Shown here piece after piece: positions 50,983-64,000 of a stretch of DNA of 64,000 nt. Position 1 is the first letter of the stretch. The number at the start of each line of letters is the position of its first letter. The DNA lies in assembly GCF_032062105.1 (NCBI RefSeq), contig NW_026936290.1, positions 434,001 to 498,000 on the forward strand. The letters are read 5' to 3'. Below the pieces are notes generated by a model that was given only the letters and a program-made list of their open reading frames with translations, was not told the origin of the DNA and did not search any database. This DNA comes from Saccostrea cucullata. Taxonomy: Eukaryota. Position numbers and translations under genes: made by a program.

Positions 50983-51044
50983 CAAAGAAAAAAAGTTATT
51001 CCTTCGGATCTGAAGTTTCCAATTTCCATAATTCCCACAACCTG

Positions 51045-52921
51045 CACTGAAAACATAAATTTGTCACGTTGACCAGATTTGAAGTCATTTTCTTCCGTTC
51101 AGTTAGTCAATACATAATGTGACTAAGTCTCTGGTCAACTTTGACTAACTGGTCATTTTGTTTATATTTATTGGCGGGAAGAAACAGTAGCGTCGGTCGC
51201 CATTTTCATCCCAGGAAAACTGCATGGAAGTCATGGTATGTCATGTTTTGTTGTTTTCTTGTTTTAGACAAATAATTCTATAAAAAACTTATTCAAAAAA
51301 TGTTCTACAGAGAAATAATGTTGTAATAAACAAAGTACTCGATATTTTTCCTCAATAGTTGTTGTATTTTACATTATTATGATACATGTAGGTTACGATG
51401 TGGGTTGATTGTGTTCAAGCAGATTTTTGCATATTCACTTAATGCAAACAGCTCTAATCGAACTTGGTCTAAAATTAAACAATTATTACTTAGGTATTAT
51501 TCTTTTACAACTCACAGTATGGCATGGACTCTCAACTACCACTGAATGGACAAACAAATCAAAATACAATACCTTGTTACGAATATAGACAAGATGAAAA
51601 CCACATTAGGTACACGAAGATGTTACCATGAATAGAAAAAATAAGGTAGGATTACACGTACTGATAGCTTATATTTTCAGTATAATGGTGATTTACATCG
51701 AACTTGTTATTTTTTAACATTCTATTTTATAAAAGAAAATACAAATCGACTAGTCCCTAATGTGCATGTACTAACTCTCCACTTACTATACTGGCCTGCT
51801 TCACCAAATATTATTCGTATTTTTCCATTTTTTTGTTTATAATTACATGTATATGTTAAATGCATTTAAAATAAAATCACAATGGTTTGTAGTTAACCCA
51901 TTTCTGACGAAAACAGCCAAACAAGAAGAAACAGAACTGATGATGATTTCATGCACATGTGCCATGTTTGCTAAGGTAAACGTAATTTTTTAGTCATTTT
52001 AATTGTATGTATTAAACGACTAAAGGTACCCGTTATTTTCTTCTTAATACTGCATAAATAGCTACTAGTATTTAACTAAAGTTATATCTTGATTTCCTTT
52101 CAGCATAAATAAATTTTGTTTTCATATACTTTACTTTTGCTTTCAAGCAACTTAAATACGTAAATTAAGTAAATTATAAAGACTATTTTTCATTGCAGGA
52201 CCTGTGAAAAAGAATTTGTAATGATCAAAGAAGAAACAACCAGTAAATATATTCCTCTGAGGTAGGAAAACAAAGAAACAACTAAAAGTGTGCAACGAGA
52301 GACTGTTTCCTGAAGTTATTTCTTTGATTGATTAGAAATCATTTACAAACAGTAAAACTAATTTGCTTGAAAATATATAAATATCTATGTATGCTATATA
52401 TGAAGGTGTCTGTCTCTTTTAAATTTTAACAATGTCTTTATGCAAATCTTATGTTTTTTAAGATGATCAGTTTATTATTTGTGTATATTTGGTGCATGAA
52501 ATAACCATATTTATGAAGTTTTATAATAAATAGTTCAAATTTTAGTCGTATAATTGTTATATTTTGTATCTGAAGGGCATTGATGCGTTATAATCAAAAT
52601 GATCTGACGCGCATCGTCATCATGATTTCCAATATCGTCAAAATGCCTAGAAATATAACTAATTGACAGTCATTTTGATATGAAATGATAATCACTTTGA
52701 ATATCGGAATCTATCATTATGACAAGAATACAGTCAAATAAAATCGCTATAGTGTACTCATTGACTTTCAATTAGTCAAGGTACACTATCGAGTTAGTTA
52801 TGATGTTTCTCGAGTCGTCAAAATTCAACACATCGTCTAATTGACTAACTGCACCCTCATCCGGAGGACAATCAATCTGATTATTTTTTTAGGTCATGGT
52901 GACTAACTTAAATTTTCAGTG
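51045..52921. mobile_element. Non-autonomous EnSpm/CACTA element (CACTG termini, 2-bp TG TSD), 1877 bp
   Basis: TG-cactgaaaacataaatttgtcac..gtgactaacttaaattttcagtg-TG; subterminal tgactaa/ttagtca repeats at both ends. Confidence 0.85.
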
Positions 52922-54971
52922 TGGTTAAAGAAGGAAATGTATCTGAAATAAGGGTTTGTCCAGATAGAAAATATTAACTTTTATTTTTGTTTCACGACAT
53001 CAATACGTAGGTTCTGCAAACCGTCCATCCTCTTGATTTACCTTTGACATTTATTGATTTTCAATTACAACACTAATGAAACACTGAATATTGTGTGCTT
53101 GTTGTTACGAAAGGTGGTAATACATGTATTAGTTATTTATTTATTTAGCTGTTCAAAACACTTTGCAGAACATTGTGCATAAGGAAATGTTCATTTCCAT
53201 TCAAGCACAGACACAAAAACATGGAATAACGTCAAGGATTGCATAAGTGACAATTACGTCGCAGAATCACATGAACGGCTTCCTTCGGAGACATAGTTCG
53301 TTGAACTTTCTGTCAAGATGTAAAACCATTCACCTTAACGTCATAGCAGCAAATGATTAAGGAATGGACAATAACATCATATTACTGATATAATTAAAGA
53401 ATATACAGCTGTAATAATGTGGTACCTCATATTATCATGGTACATCTGTGACTCCTTAAATTAGTTATTCATTCAAAAGTGGAAATCATTATTTCAAAAC
53501 ACGTCTTGTTGATCAAATCAACAGGGGCATCATATGATTCCATCATATTTCAAACTAATATTTTAAATTTCATCCCTGTATTTCCCACTAATATACACCG
53601 ACCGTTGCTTCCAAACTTTTTAAAAACAGAAAACTCGACAAAGCTTGGATATCGAGCATCTGATCCCACCTCTTATATTTTGGAAGTCTGATTGCTCTGC
53701 TCCAAATTTGAGTTATTCAGACGACTTTGAGCTATATCTATTATCTATATTTTTTATATAATTTATCTATATTTTATCTGTATCTTTTCTCTATATATTT
53801 CACAAAATACCTCATTTTGTTAGTATTCTTCACAGAAAAAATAATTATGTCTCTACTGTAATTACTCTATATAAAATTAATACCATAAAACTGTCTATTT
53901 CCCCGAGAAGAGACTATTTCCCTCATCTGAAGACTACTCCCTGGAAAATCAGAGCTATATGTACTCCCTGGGACTATTCCCTTCTGAATATTTATTAATT
54001 ATTTTAACCAATCAAGGTATTCAGTGACGTCATGTTATTAGCAATGTAACTATGACTTCGCTAATAAAGCAGCTACTAGTAACAACATTGTCTTGGTATG
54101 TCTCATTGTTTTATATATACATTTGTGACGTCATTATATAAACATAGCAATATAACTATGAGTTTTTGCTGATATCACAGCATAATATCTACCTGTACAT
54201 CAATATGAAATGACTTGCTCTACATGTATAAAAAAATGAACAAAATAAGCAAGTAAAATAATAATTATTTTATTTACATGATTTACAATGTAAACAAGTA
54301 TTTCAAACAGTTTTTGATTATCGATTTAACCTGTGTATATAGAGAATATATACCGACAGAAACTAGATCTAGCCTTTGTAAGTTTGTTTACAAGTTTTAT
54401 GTCACTTTTGTCAGCTGCACAGTCGCTAACGTTTATTCTTATTTTTTTGGGTAGACCTTAAGTTAAATCTTCATGATAAACTATATTTTTTTCAATAAAT
54501 TCTACTCACGATAAATGTGTAATTTTGTTTTTCCGAACAGCTGATAAACACGGTGTTGTCGTATCAATGTAAATTTGATTACATCATAATTATCATACAT
54601 AGTTATTATCAAATTTTAGATTGACTAACTGGCTCGGTAAAATCGGATCCATCCCTCACTTTCCAGCGACCGAAATTCCTCCAACTTTTTATCATCGATC
54701 TTCAGACGTGTTTCTTGTTTCTTTTCAGCATTGATTATCCATTTTCACGAATAAAAATATTCCCAGACAACAATCTTTTCACTAGTACTGATCACAAGTA
54801 GCCTTTCACAAAATATTCCCTTCGAAATAGAATCCTTTGCCTGATGAATTCGAAGCGTAACCGCCAGTCAAGCCTATTTACACCTTGCGTCATTTTTCGA
54901 AATCTACGACGTACGCTTAGTGCAATATTTAATATTCGAAAATATTCAATTGTCTGTCTCAAATGTATATA

Positions 54972-55114
54972 TAAGTAATAAATAACAAGTTTATAAACTT
55001 CAATGGGAATTGAAGTGGGTCGGAAGTGATCAAATCTTCTGAGAAGGATTTGATGTGCAACGATGTATTCGACTTCAATATTGCAAAGTTTATAAACTTG
55101 TTATTTATTTCTTA
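54972..55114. repeat. 143-bp hairpin element
   Basis: aataaataacaagtttataaactt..ttgaagt..atcaaatcttct / agaaggatttgat..acttcaa..aagtttataaacttgttatttatt. Confidence 0.85.
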
Positions 55115-55169
55115 AATAATGTATATTGTTTTTAGAAGACCTTGGACTTATTCTACAAGTTGTAATACA

Positions 55170-56617
55170 ACGTATGAACATAGCTCCCTTTATTTTTCAG
55201 AAATGCTTCAAAATGAATTTGAATTATCATATCTATATTGGATTCCTAAAAGTCATAAAAATCCTTATAATGATAATACATTACATAGCGGGTTCAAGTA
55301 AATGTTCTACCTAGATTCTTTCTATAATCCTCACTAAAATATTAAGACCCGAGAAGGACAAGCATTTGGAGTACTGTGCAACATGTATTCGAGAAGTAGT
55401 GCAAATCAGACGTAGATACACGAAATTCAAAGGAACATTGCGAAAAATTTGAAGTGACAAAATTTTACTAACATCAATAACACCAAAATACACTACCATT
55501 CAATACTGATATACATTCGCCACTATCAGTTAAAGTCAGGCTTTTTGACATCATAGCCAGCTGCTTTTTGCAAGTAAAATTGTAGCTATTTATTTTACTT
55601 CTCATTGGTCATTGCAACACTATTTTGTTAAAAAACACTCTGATTGTACACTTAAGTATTTTGAAGTTGATATTTAAAAAAAATGTTTGAGTTTCTAATG
55701 GAAAATATATGTCATTTTTGAAGACTAAACAATCTGTTGGAATTTCTATGTTTACCGATTTCGCCCCGTTATAAGTAAAATTATTGTTTGTATTCATATG
55801 AATACTTTAAATAGCCTTCAATTCAACAATTAAATAAATCAACGACGTATTATCAATTATCAATAGCTATTTACATTCATACATCCACACGCTATATCCC
55901 GACGAGCTTCAGATAAAAGATACCACATAGACTGACACATCTATTTCATAGTTGGAAATTTTACAAGAAAAAGACGTTAATGGTTGTCTAAAAACAAAGC
56001 ATTACGATAAACGCGATGAATTCAACTCTTCAATCGTAAACTTCCAAAACATTACTTATGCAGCAATGTACCTTCATCACCTGCATACATTTTTTTTATA
56101 TCTCTCAGTTGCTTCAATACGCCAGAACATGCTCTACGTAAGTACAGTTTCTAAAACGAGGCAATGTATTAACAAACAATTTGATAAACAAGAGAAGCAA
56201 TGTTCTCGTTTTAAGCATTCGTTTCGAAAGTTTGATACAATAACATTGTCAGCGAATACAGTTTATCATTGAGTTAAATGCTGACTGACGTTTCGCATAT
56301 TAATTGTAGAATAAGGATCAATGACTGATCTCTATCAAAAACACAAATCTGTAAATAGTGTGCAAAAACACAGACCTCTGGGAATATATTTTCATAAGTA
56401 TTTATACACTGAATTGACGAAGGATTTTTCAGTTATTTCCCGATCATGACAAGTAGAACACAGCAAGTGTGACCGTTCGGCAGAGGATGCTCATTCCTCC
56501 ATGGCACCCGATCCGACCTCTGATGTTTTGGGGATCCGTGTTTGCTCTGCTTTTATTATGCATTGTTTTATGGACCTTTGATCTTGAATACAGTTTGTTA
56601 TCTCAATATGTTTCATT
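55170..56617 (+). mobile_element. Longest PLE copy: decayed RT with no downstream endonuclease (Naiad-like layout)
   Basis: YLYWIPKSHKNPY..YIAGSSKCST, KQSVGISM, INDVLSI, YPDELQIKDTT, YDKRDEFN, then the common 3' UTR; many stops and frameshifts. Confidence 0.88.
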
Positions 56618-57627
56618 CCTTCTTCTTATCAAGCAGTATTCGTAATACAAATTTCAACTGCACGTCAAAATTAAATTATGAGATTTTATAACATGATTAT
56701 TCTCAAGCAACTACATGGTAAGACGTGACAATGTCTTTAGTTTCTAAAACTAATTGTGATCAACAGTGCATCACGGACCAACAATACAGTCAGAAATATT
56801 CAAAGTTCTTTAATTTCAAATGAAGCAACATAAATATATCAGACACATTCCATATACGCATTCTCCTCTCTCTTTCTTTTAATTCTCAACAGTAATTTGT
56901 TGGATAATTCTTATGTTCAGACTGTACAAAGAGTTCTGAGAAAAGATTAAAAAGTTTACTGACTACACATTAAAATAAATCACCCATGTGTCTTTAAATC
57001 TGAGTTATATACTATAAATTCTAAAGCATATACATTTTTTTACAGTGAACACTGCCGATACTGATACTAAAACAAAGACTAGTCTATTCAAGTTCATATG
57101 TTTAATTTATTTCAATATGTATTCTAAACAAAAGATTATCAATTTTTTCATGATTCAATGATTTGTATACATGGCTTGAATCATAGTACAAAATGTATTT
57201 CACAATTTCACAAAACTGTGTCACTCATATACCGTAAATTTTTTTTAAAAAGCATATTAGTCTCATTTGAAATTTTGAAAAAGGGAAAGTCCATGAGAAG
57301 ATACACCTACGATGATAATTTGAGACTCAATACTTAGTTACACAGTAACTGTATTTGATTATAAAAATACATACATGTGAAATACTTACAAACCTATAAC
57401 TGAATAAGATTAATATTACATATTATATCCCTTTTTAAATTTTGAATTTTGTAAGATTAAAGTATGAGTACAAATAATAGAGCAGAAATGTAAACATGAG
57501 ATTGAATGAAAGTTAAAATGCACTAGAAAACACATGTGATTTATCTACATAGTATGTTTAAGTAATTTCATTCTATCCTTCCCCTTTTGTTGTCACTAAC
57601 TAGTACTAATTGATATCACTTTTGATT

Positions 57628-57766
57628 CTACAGTGGCTGGTTAATATCACTTTTGATCAGGTCGGCAGCTTTCTCTGCTATCATGATCGTCGCTGCGTTT
57701 GTATAGTCTGTTATTTCTGGTATAACGGATGCGTCAGCAACACGTAGACCACTTACGCCCTTTACT
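57628..57766 (-). CDS. GMC oxidoreductase last exon ([13 protein letters not shown]...[16 protein letters not shown])
   Basis: ttacag| acceptor; hallmark C-terminal GMC motif; stop TAG. Confidence 0.94.
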
Positions 57767-59603
57767 CTGTAAAATTAGAAAAGAATCCATGAATATTGAA
57801 TTTTACATTAAAGTTAAATTTCTTTGTGGCATGCACTTTTAAATATACAAAGTGTTACAGTGAATACATTTTAAGCAACATAGACTCAAAGAACTGTGTA
57901 TAGAAATCCCAAGAAGTGTTGATCAAATGTCAAAATTCAAACACTTAAATACATTACATCAACGTATCTAAGTCGAAATCAAATTGCCAAAAGGCTTCAT
58001 GAAATTCAGAGTTGGTTTTTGCTTATTGTAATTGCATGCATTGTTTCTTTCGGGAGTGAAAAGGAATCACAACCCTTTGTTTATTTCATTTCCATTTACA
58101 GAATGTGAAAATGCCAAGAAGGATTGCTCAGACAAGTATAACATATAATTAACAAAAATAATTTTACAAGAATACTTGCAAATGTTACACATGTTTAAAA
58201 ACTTAGTAATTTAAATTAAAATAATGTTTGAAATACCATATAACAGACATCAGAAGATTAAAACCTTTAACTAACATACTTTAAATCTGGACCAACAACT
58301 GTTGAACCGTCGTTGACGGAACCCATTTTATTTGTTGAGACAGCGTTGTGTCCTGGTTCCATGAAGTGACGTATATAACAATCCCAGTAGGCATCAGAGT
58401 TACGTGCATGATGTAGACAACCCGAAAACGAAGGACCTAAAGAAGCTTTCATTTCCTGAAACTCGGGCGTTTGTATCAGTGCCTGGGCTTTCCTGATTCC
58501 TGTAAGTAAACAAAACCACTGTACAGGCAAGAGAAAACAAAACCAATCTTTTTATCCAATTCTTTTGGAAAAACTACTATAAACAAACTATTTTCCGCGT
58601 TTGTCTTTTCTTGAAAGAATAAACATTCTATATAAAAAGATTTGAACATTATTTAATAGATCGCTGCGAAGAATATTGGCAAGTATGAGAAGATAAAAAA
58701 AATCGCAGATAATTCTCCTAGGGGAATAAAAGATTGTCAACTGCGATTAGTTATACCTTTTATTAACACTCTGATATCACCAGGAGATGATAAATAGGCC
58801 GGGTCGATGACGGGGGGAACCTTGGGGTCCAAACTATTCAATGTTAAAGTCCCCCTACTGGAAGGGTGCAACAGTTTGATGTTGAGGGTTATTCCATCTC
58901 TGCCCCTCGCCAAGGAGTACCAAGATTTTATAAACTGTAAATTAATGGAGAATTTGAGAAAAATTTAAGATTTTATTGAGTTTTGATCTTTATTTCTTGT
59001 AATAATTATTGGTTGAATGGAAAGCTGATATTTATACTTGGTTCTTACTTAATAACCATAGGATTAAGATTGATTTTACTTACAGAGACATTTTTATTTC
59101 CTACATAGTCAATCATTGGGTCATGGTCACCTAGGGAACTTGTAAAGGTTATCTGAAGGTCGGGATAAGCGATGATAGAGGTCGGGTCAGATTGGAAGGT
59201 CAAAAGAGCCTCAGTTCCACGAAGTTCTGCTAGCATTCCTGAAATTATCATATTGTATATATAGTATATATATTATTAAATTTGACAAAAAAGGAAGATT
59301 ATTTCCTTAAATAGACATATCAAGAGTCCCCTGCAACAGAAGAATTTTGTATTTAAATTATAAGACATATTTACAAAGGTTTAAATTTAAATACAGAAAG
59401 ATTTTATGAACACTGAGATCATGAGAATTAGTGACAAAATGTGATTACTCGTTACCTGTTCTCTGAAACAGATACTGGTTGTTCTTCACCTGATCAGCTA
59501 TAGCGTGTGGCTTGATGGTTGGTTGCTGAACAAGAACTCTAAGACTGACCGTAGGATGGTCTTGAAGAGATTCCCCGACTGGTACCAAAGAGATGGGTGG
59601 TAC
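57628..59603 (-). CDS. GMC oxidoreductase (glucose/choline dehydrogenase-like), 3' part; join(59456..59603,59084..59238,58757..58934,58280..58499,57628..57766); 5' exons not found in window
   Basis: GT..AG introns with consistent phases; motifs [94 protein letters not shown]. Confidence 0.93.
58280..58499 (-). CDS. GMC oxidoreductase exon (IRKAQAL...[11 protein letters not shown]...GPDL)
   Basis: ttacag|..TTAAA|gtatgt, 220 nt. Confidence 0.92.
58757..58934 (-). CDS. GMC oxidoreductase exon ([12 protein letters not shown]...PVIDPAYLS)
   Basis: ttacag|..AAAG|gtata, 178 nt; GMC C-terminal domain motif. Confidence 0.92.
59084..59238 (-). CDS. GMC oxidoreductase exon ([10 protein letters not shown]...YPDLQITF...NVS)
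   Basis: tttcag|..TCT|gtaagt, 155 nt. Confidence 0.88.
59456..59603 (-). CDS. GMC oxidoreductase exon ([17 protein letters not shown]...QRT)
   Basis: ttacag|GTA..ACAG|gtaac, 148 nt. Confidence 0.9.
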
Positions 59604-62600
59604 CTGTAACACAAAAGACACCCTAATTCACAGTTTATCGAGGAAACAAAAGCTTTATTGGAATTTATTTTATTATTTCTCTAAAACATTCCCGAAGGGA
59701 TTTTAATATTTTATACCCTTCCATGGTTACATGATTCCACCTTTGATATTTTAGCTTGCTCTGACTTTTTGTTTGAAAGGAGCTTTGAGCTTGAATATTC
59801 GTTTTCTCTATATATCATGCATACCTTTATACATAACAAAAGACTGAATGTGAAAAAGCATTACAGGAATCGTAGAGGGAACAGCTTAAGTTTTTAAAGT
59901 ATAAAAATGCTTATTCTAGTATTTTGATTGGAAGCTTTAACGAAATTCCCTACTTTAAGCCTTTTTGTTGCCCGATATTTGTCTTTGGATTCCAATCTTT
60001 AGTTGTTTAAGTCCCAATTAAACAACTTTAATTAAGTAATTCGGCATCCATAGAACGATGTTCCTTGATAAGATAACATCTTCATTTGATATAGCAACAT
60101 GCTCCCTTCAATGAACTTGCAAACAATTTGATATGTGACATGTGATAATGAAATTTTTGATCGATTCTTAAAGTTCCGTTTATATTTAAAAAGCAGTTAA
60201 AACGACAATTGCAAGTCTTTCAATGATTTTGAGTATTGTTGTTTTAAGTATTGAAAAATCATATTTTTATATTATTGATTTGGTAAATTTTGTAATGTTA
60301 TATTTTCTAAAAGTTCTTTGAAGTATTTTTAAGTGACTAAACTTAATTAAACCTTTTCTTATTCGCTGTTTCACAGTACTACTGGAGTTGTTCCGTAACT
60401 CCTGTTCGTAATGAGTAAAGAAAAAAGCTTGTTAGATTTTTATTATCTTATACTAGATCCTAGATGTACATTGATATGTTATTACTCTAGCAAAAATATT
60501 ACTAATACATGGTGATGCAAAATTCGGCGTTTCCCTTTAATTCCTCATTCATCTTTACAAGACTTGTTTTTCGATATGAATTGATTTTAACATTTTGCCA
60601 TACTCCAAAATTCGTAACTGCAGTTGACAATGTTCTAAAAATAAATGTATGACATTACCGCTTTTGGAATCAACAGCTGATGTGAAGACATTTGGTAGAG
60701 ACAGACTAATAATGAGCTGACAAAAGCAGCTAGTTTAGCTTTACAGAACGGCCTTCTGTTTGACTCGAGTAAGCCACAATCGAAACTATCTTTAACTGAT
60801 ATAAGGAGATTACAGTATCGGTTAATCTTCTATAACTGCCTTTTGTTCTTCTGGTTTAGGGCATAATCGACAATCGTTAATTGAATATTGAGAAATGGAG
60901 CACATTAACCATTTTCCGATACATACGACGCAGAAAAAGGGGAAAATGTAATTTTATTTAAAATAACTGGCCTTCATGGATACAAATATTTCTCAAAAGC
61001 AAGCATCCATTAGGAAAAAAATATATAGAAAATATCATATCCACCATATATTATATCTCTATCAAAATTTACCCAAAAAACATTCTATGACAAAATCAAT
61101 AATACTAGACACTGTATGTCAATCCTTAATTAATACTCGTTAGATGTGAACAAAAGAACTGACGATTACATTTTCAATGAACTGCTAAAAATGACAAAGT
61201 GCATTCATCTTAATTCAAACAATGACTTAATGTTTGTTTGCTTTTTTTAAGATTGCATATTTTAAAAGATTTGTTACGTAATGATCGACATTAAAATTTC
61301 ATGCACCCTTATGGACATAACATTCTTATATGTTACTTTTTAACTTTTTTATATTTCTTCGAAGAAAACAGCTCATCAACATAGAAATTAAACATATACA
61401 TGTACACAGTTGTTAATCAGTACAGCCCCCTGTCTGACAATGCTAGCTTGTTGTTGCTTTTAACGTGCGTCTGTATGTAGACAACAAGAAGTTGGATCAT
61501 GCGAAGTCAAACGTTAGGTATATGTTTATCAAATTAAGAACTTCATCAGAAAAATTTTTCCCGAAACAATCCATGTGAATAGTTTAGAAAACATTTTTTA
61601 AAAGGACAAGAATTGTATATTAATAGATAAAAAGATAACAAGTTGTTCTAATGAAAGGAAATTTCCGAATCTAATATTATAAAGGTTCTACTTGTCAGAT
61701 TTATCTTCCTTTATTCCTTCACAACAAATCATAATCTTCTAGAGCCATACAAGGGTTTTCGGTCTGCTTCGCTGGGAGGTAGGCGGGCCATCCTTGGCTT
61801 ACAAATACTTATACATATATTTAGTAACTTTAAAGGAGTTCATTGAAAACAAGCAACGAATTTAAAATATTTAGAAATACATTTAATGTAAAGTTTGTTT
61901 CGATGGCTTGAGTTTAATTATGAATTAAAATTTATATATCTTCAAACAAATTAAACAAAATAAAATAATTTGTGTCCATCACATTTTTTACCAAAGAAAA
62001 TGTTTTCAGCAAGGATTTTCTTCAGTGGAAATAATGAGAATAAGAGTGATTTTACATGCACTTCATATGGTGTCCTATATCTCAATTCTCAACTGAAAAC
62101 TGTCTTCATGTCTATTGTTCACCCTAAATCCTTCGATGTGATCGCTGTTTTGGTTTTACATTAAATGTTGTAAAGAATCAGGGATCTCTTTAACAACAGA
62201 ATTTACAACTTCAACAAAATATATTTTTGACTTGTTTCAATTTTATTTCTATTTTTTAAAAAATAAATAAATAATTTGATAACATTTTTTTATTTGAAAA
62301 ATCTTAAAACTTATCAAAATTATCTGGTAGGCAAGATATTAGAAACGGATAAAAATTTTGGTCTTCAGCCCTGAATTGTACTGCATTCATATTTTCAATA
62401 ATAAGAACTCAGACACGTAGAAACCAAACACACTATGTTGTTTGTTTAATAGATTTCAAAACTTGTGTTATATTGAGTCAATAAAGGAGTAGATAATGTG
62501 CAAGGGTTGATCTAAAAAATTCCAAAAACAATATATTTAAATCTGTGAAGAGTGAATAAACAGGGAACCCTGGAAATGAATTTCAGAGGTGAGATCAGAA

Positions 62601-63039
62601 GAGTGGGAAGAGTATGCATTTCCTATAGATCGATCCCACTCGCTAAGAGCTCTATGTATTGAACAGGTAGACGTGAAATTTCGTAGTCGAAATTAGTACA
62701 AAAACAAAGGCATAAGAACTGATATAAAATTGAACCTGAAGATAGATTATATTTGCAAAACTGGTCATTTAAACGACGATAATAATATTTAAGAAATGCT
62801 TGAAATGTTGAAATCCTAGTAATTTTAGCTTAGTTGTAAATAGTCTGTCTCGGTTTAAAAATGATATTACTCGGTACATGCTCTTAGATTCAAGTAATTT
62901 GGCAAATGTTAACATCAAATGGCCGACTCTATTGTTTCTTTTATTTCAATTTCATCTTGCTATATAGAATCGACATACGATTGGAAGTAATTATAGCTAA
63001 TTAATAATAGATCATTATTATGGTTATTTCAAATCTTAT

Positions 63040-63690
63040 GATATATCCCGTTGAGCTTGAGATAAAAGATACAACAGAGTCTGGCACATCTGTTTCATAT
63101 TTAGATATCTTACTTGAAAAAGAGGTTAATGGTAATATAACAACCAAGCTCTATGATAAACGTGATTAGTTAAACTTTTCAATCGTCACCTTTCCTTTCT
63201 TTGCAGCAATATACCTTCATCACCTGCATAGAGAGCATATATATCTCTTTATTGATTCGATTCGCAGGAGCTTGTTCTACGCATGTCCAATTTCTAAAAG
63301 GGGGTAAATTATTGACAAACAAGTCAATGAAACAAGAATATCAGCCGTCTTGTTTAAAGTCATCCTTTCGTTAGTCCTTTGGTCGATACAATGACCTTGT
63401 AAGCAAACACAATTTATCATTAAGTCAAAGGCTGACTGACGTTTTTTCATACTAATTGTAAGTCCATTATTTACACACTGAATTGATTACGGATTTTCCC
63501 GTCATTTCCCGATCATGACAAAGAGCACACGCCGGGTTTGACCGTCGACAGGGGTTTCTTACGCCTCCTCGATATGGCACCTGAACCCACATCTGATGTT
63601 CCAGAGGTCCATATTTGCTTTGCTCCTGTTTTGTATTGTTTATTTGACTTTTGAGCTTGAATACTGTTCGTTATCTCCATATATTTCATG
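63040..63690 (+). mobile_element. PLE RT thumb/3' fragment (older inverted copy at ~62560-62885)
   Basis: IYPVELEIKDTTESGTSVSYLDILLEKEVNG..LYDKRD*; common 3' UTR. Confidence 0.9.
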
Positions 63691-64000
63691 TCGGTATTTT
63701 AAAATGTTGAATTAAAGACCGAAACAAATGTTTTAGTCTTTTTACATGTACGTATAAGTTGTTAAATAAATTTGTCTAATAATAAAAGGCGCATCGGAAC
63801 ACATGAAAAATCCACGAAAACTCAAAAATGAAAAAAATACAAACAAAATATGAAAGAACTACTTAAGCTAGACAATCTGTATGCATAATATATTATAGCA
63901 GAAAACAAAATCATCATCATTAAATGTACTTTAAAGAATGAAATTAAGTGGCATTTAATTCAAATTAAGTATTAGGAATATAAATACATTGCTATAAATG

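Noticed and set aside
59604-64000. Upstream GMC exons (LxxSGIGP, GxGxxG)
   Set aside because: No such motifs seen on the minus strand; region appears intronic with TE relics

Overview
AT-rich, intron-rich animal DNA, most likely an oyster (Ostreidae): it carries a 166-bp Cg170/HindIII-type satellite inside a Helentron-associated element, bivalve SINEs and many Penelope-like RT fragments. Two spliced genes lie on the minus strand. (1) A complete synaptotagmin of 6 coding exons (28729->15363, 418 aa, TM + C2A + C2B), resembling protostome Syt-beta, with degenerate Ca2+ ligands. (2) The last 5 exons of a GMC oxidoreductase (59603->57628; 5' end not found in the window) whose catalytic His and Asn/His positions both look substituted. 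The best finding is a probable alternative first coding exon inside synaptotagmin coding intron 1 (ATG at 21131). It has a gccATGG Kozak context, an MGxxxS myristoylation motif and three tandem KYY[RK]RR[KN] repeats, each ending at an in-frame phase-0 GT donor. This predicts TM-less, lipid-anchored isoforms with 1, 2 or 3 polybasic patches. The rest is a nested transposon landscape: about 15 Naiad-like PLE fragments with a structured 3' end, CACTA-, Kolobok- and mariner-type non-autonomous elements, HINEs, a SINE-born minisatellite, hairpins and old local duplications. Most ORFs in the supplied track are spurious. All family assignments are from motif recognition, not from searches.
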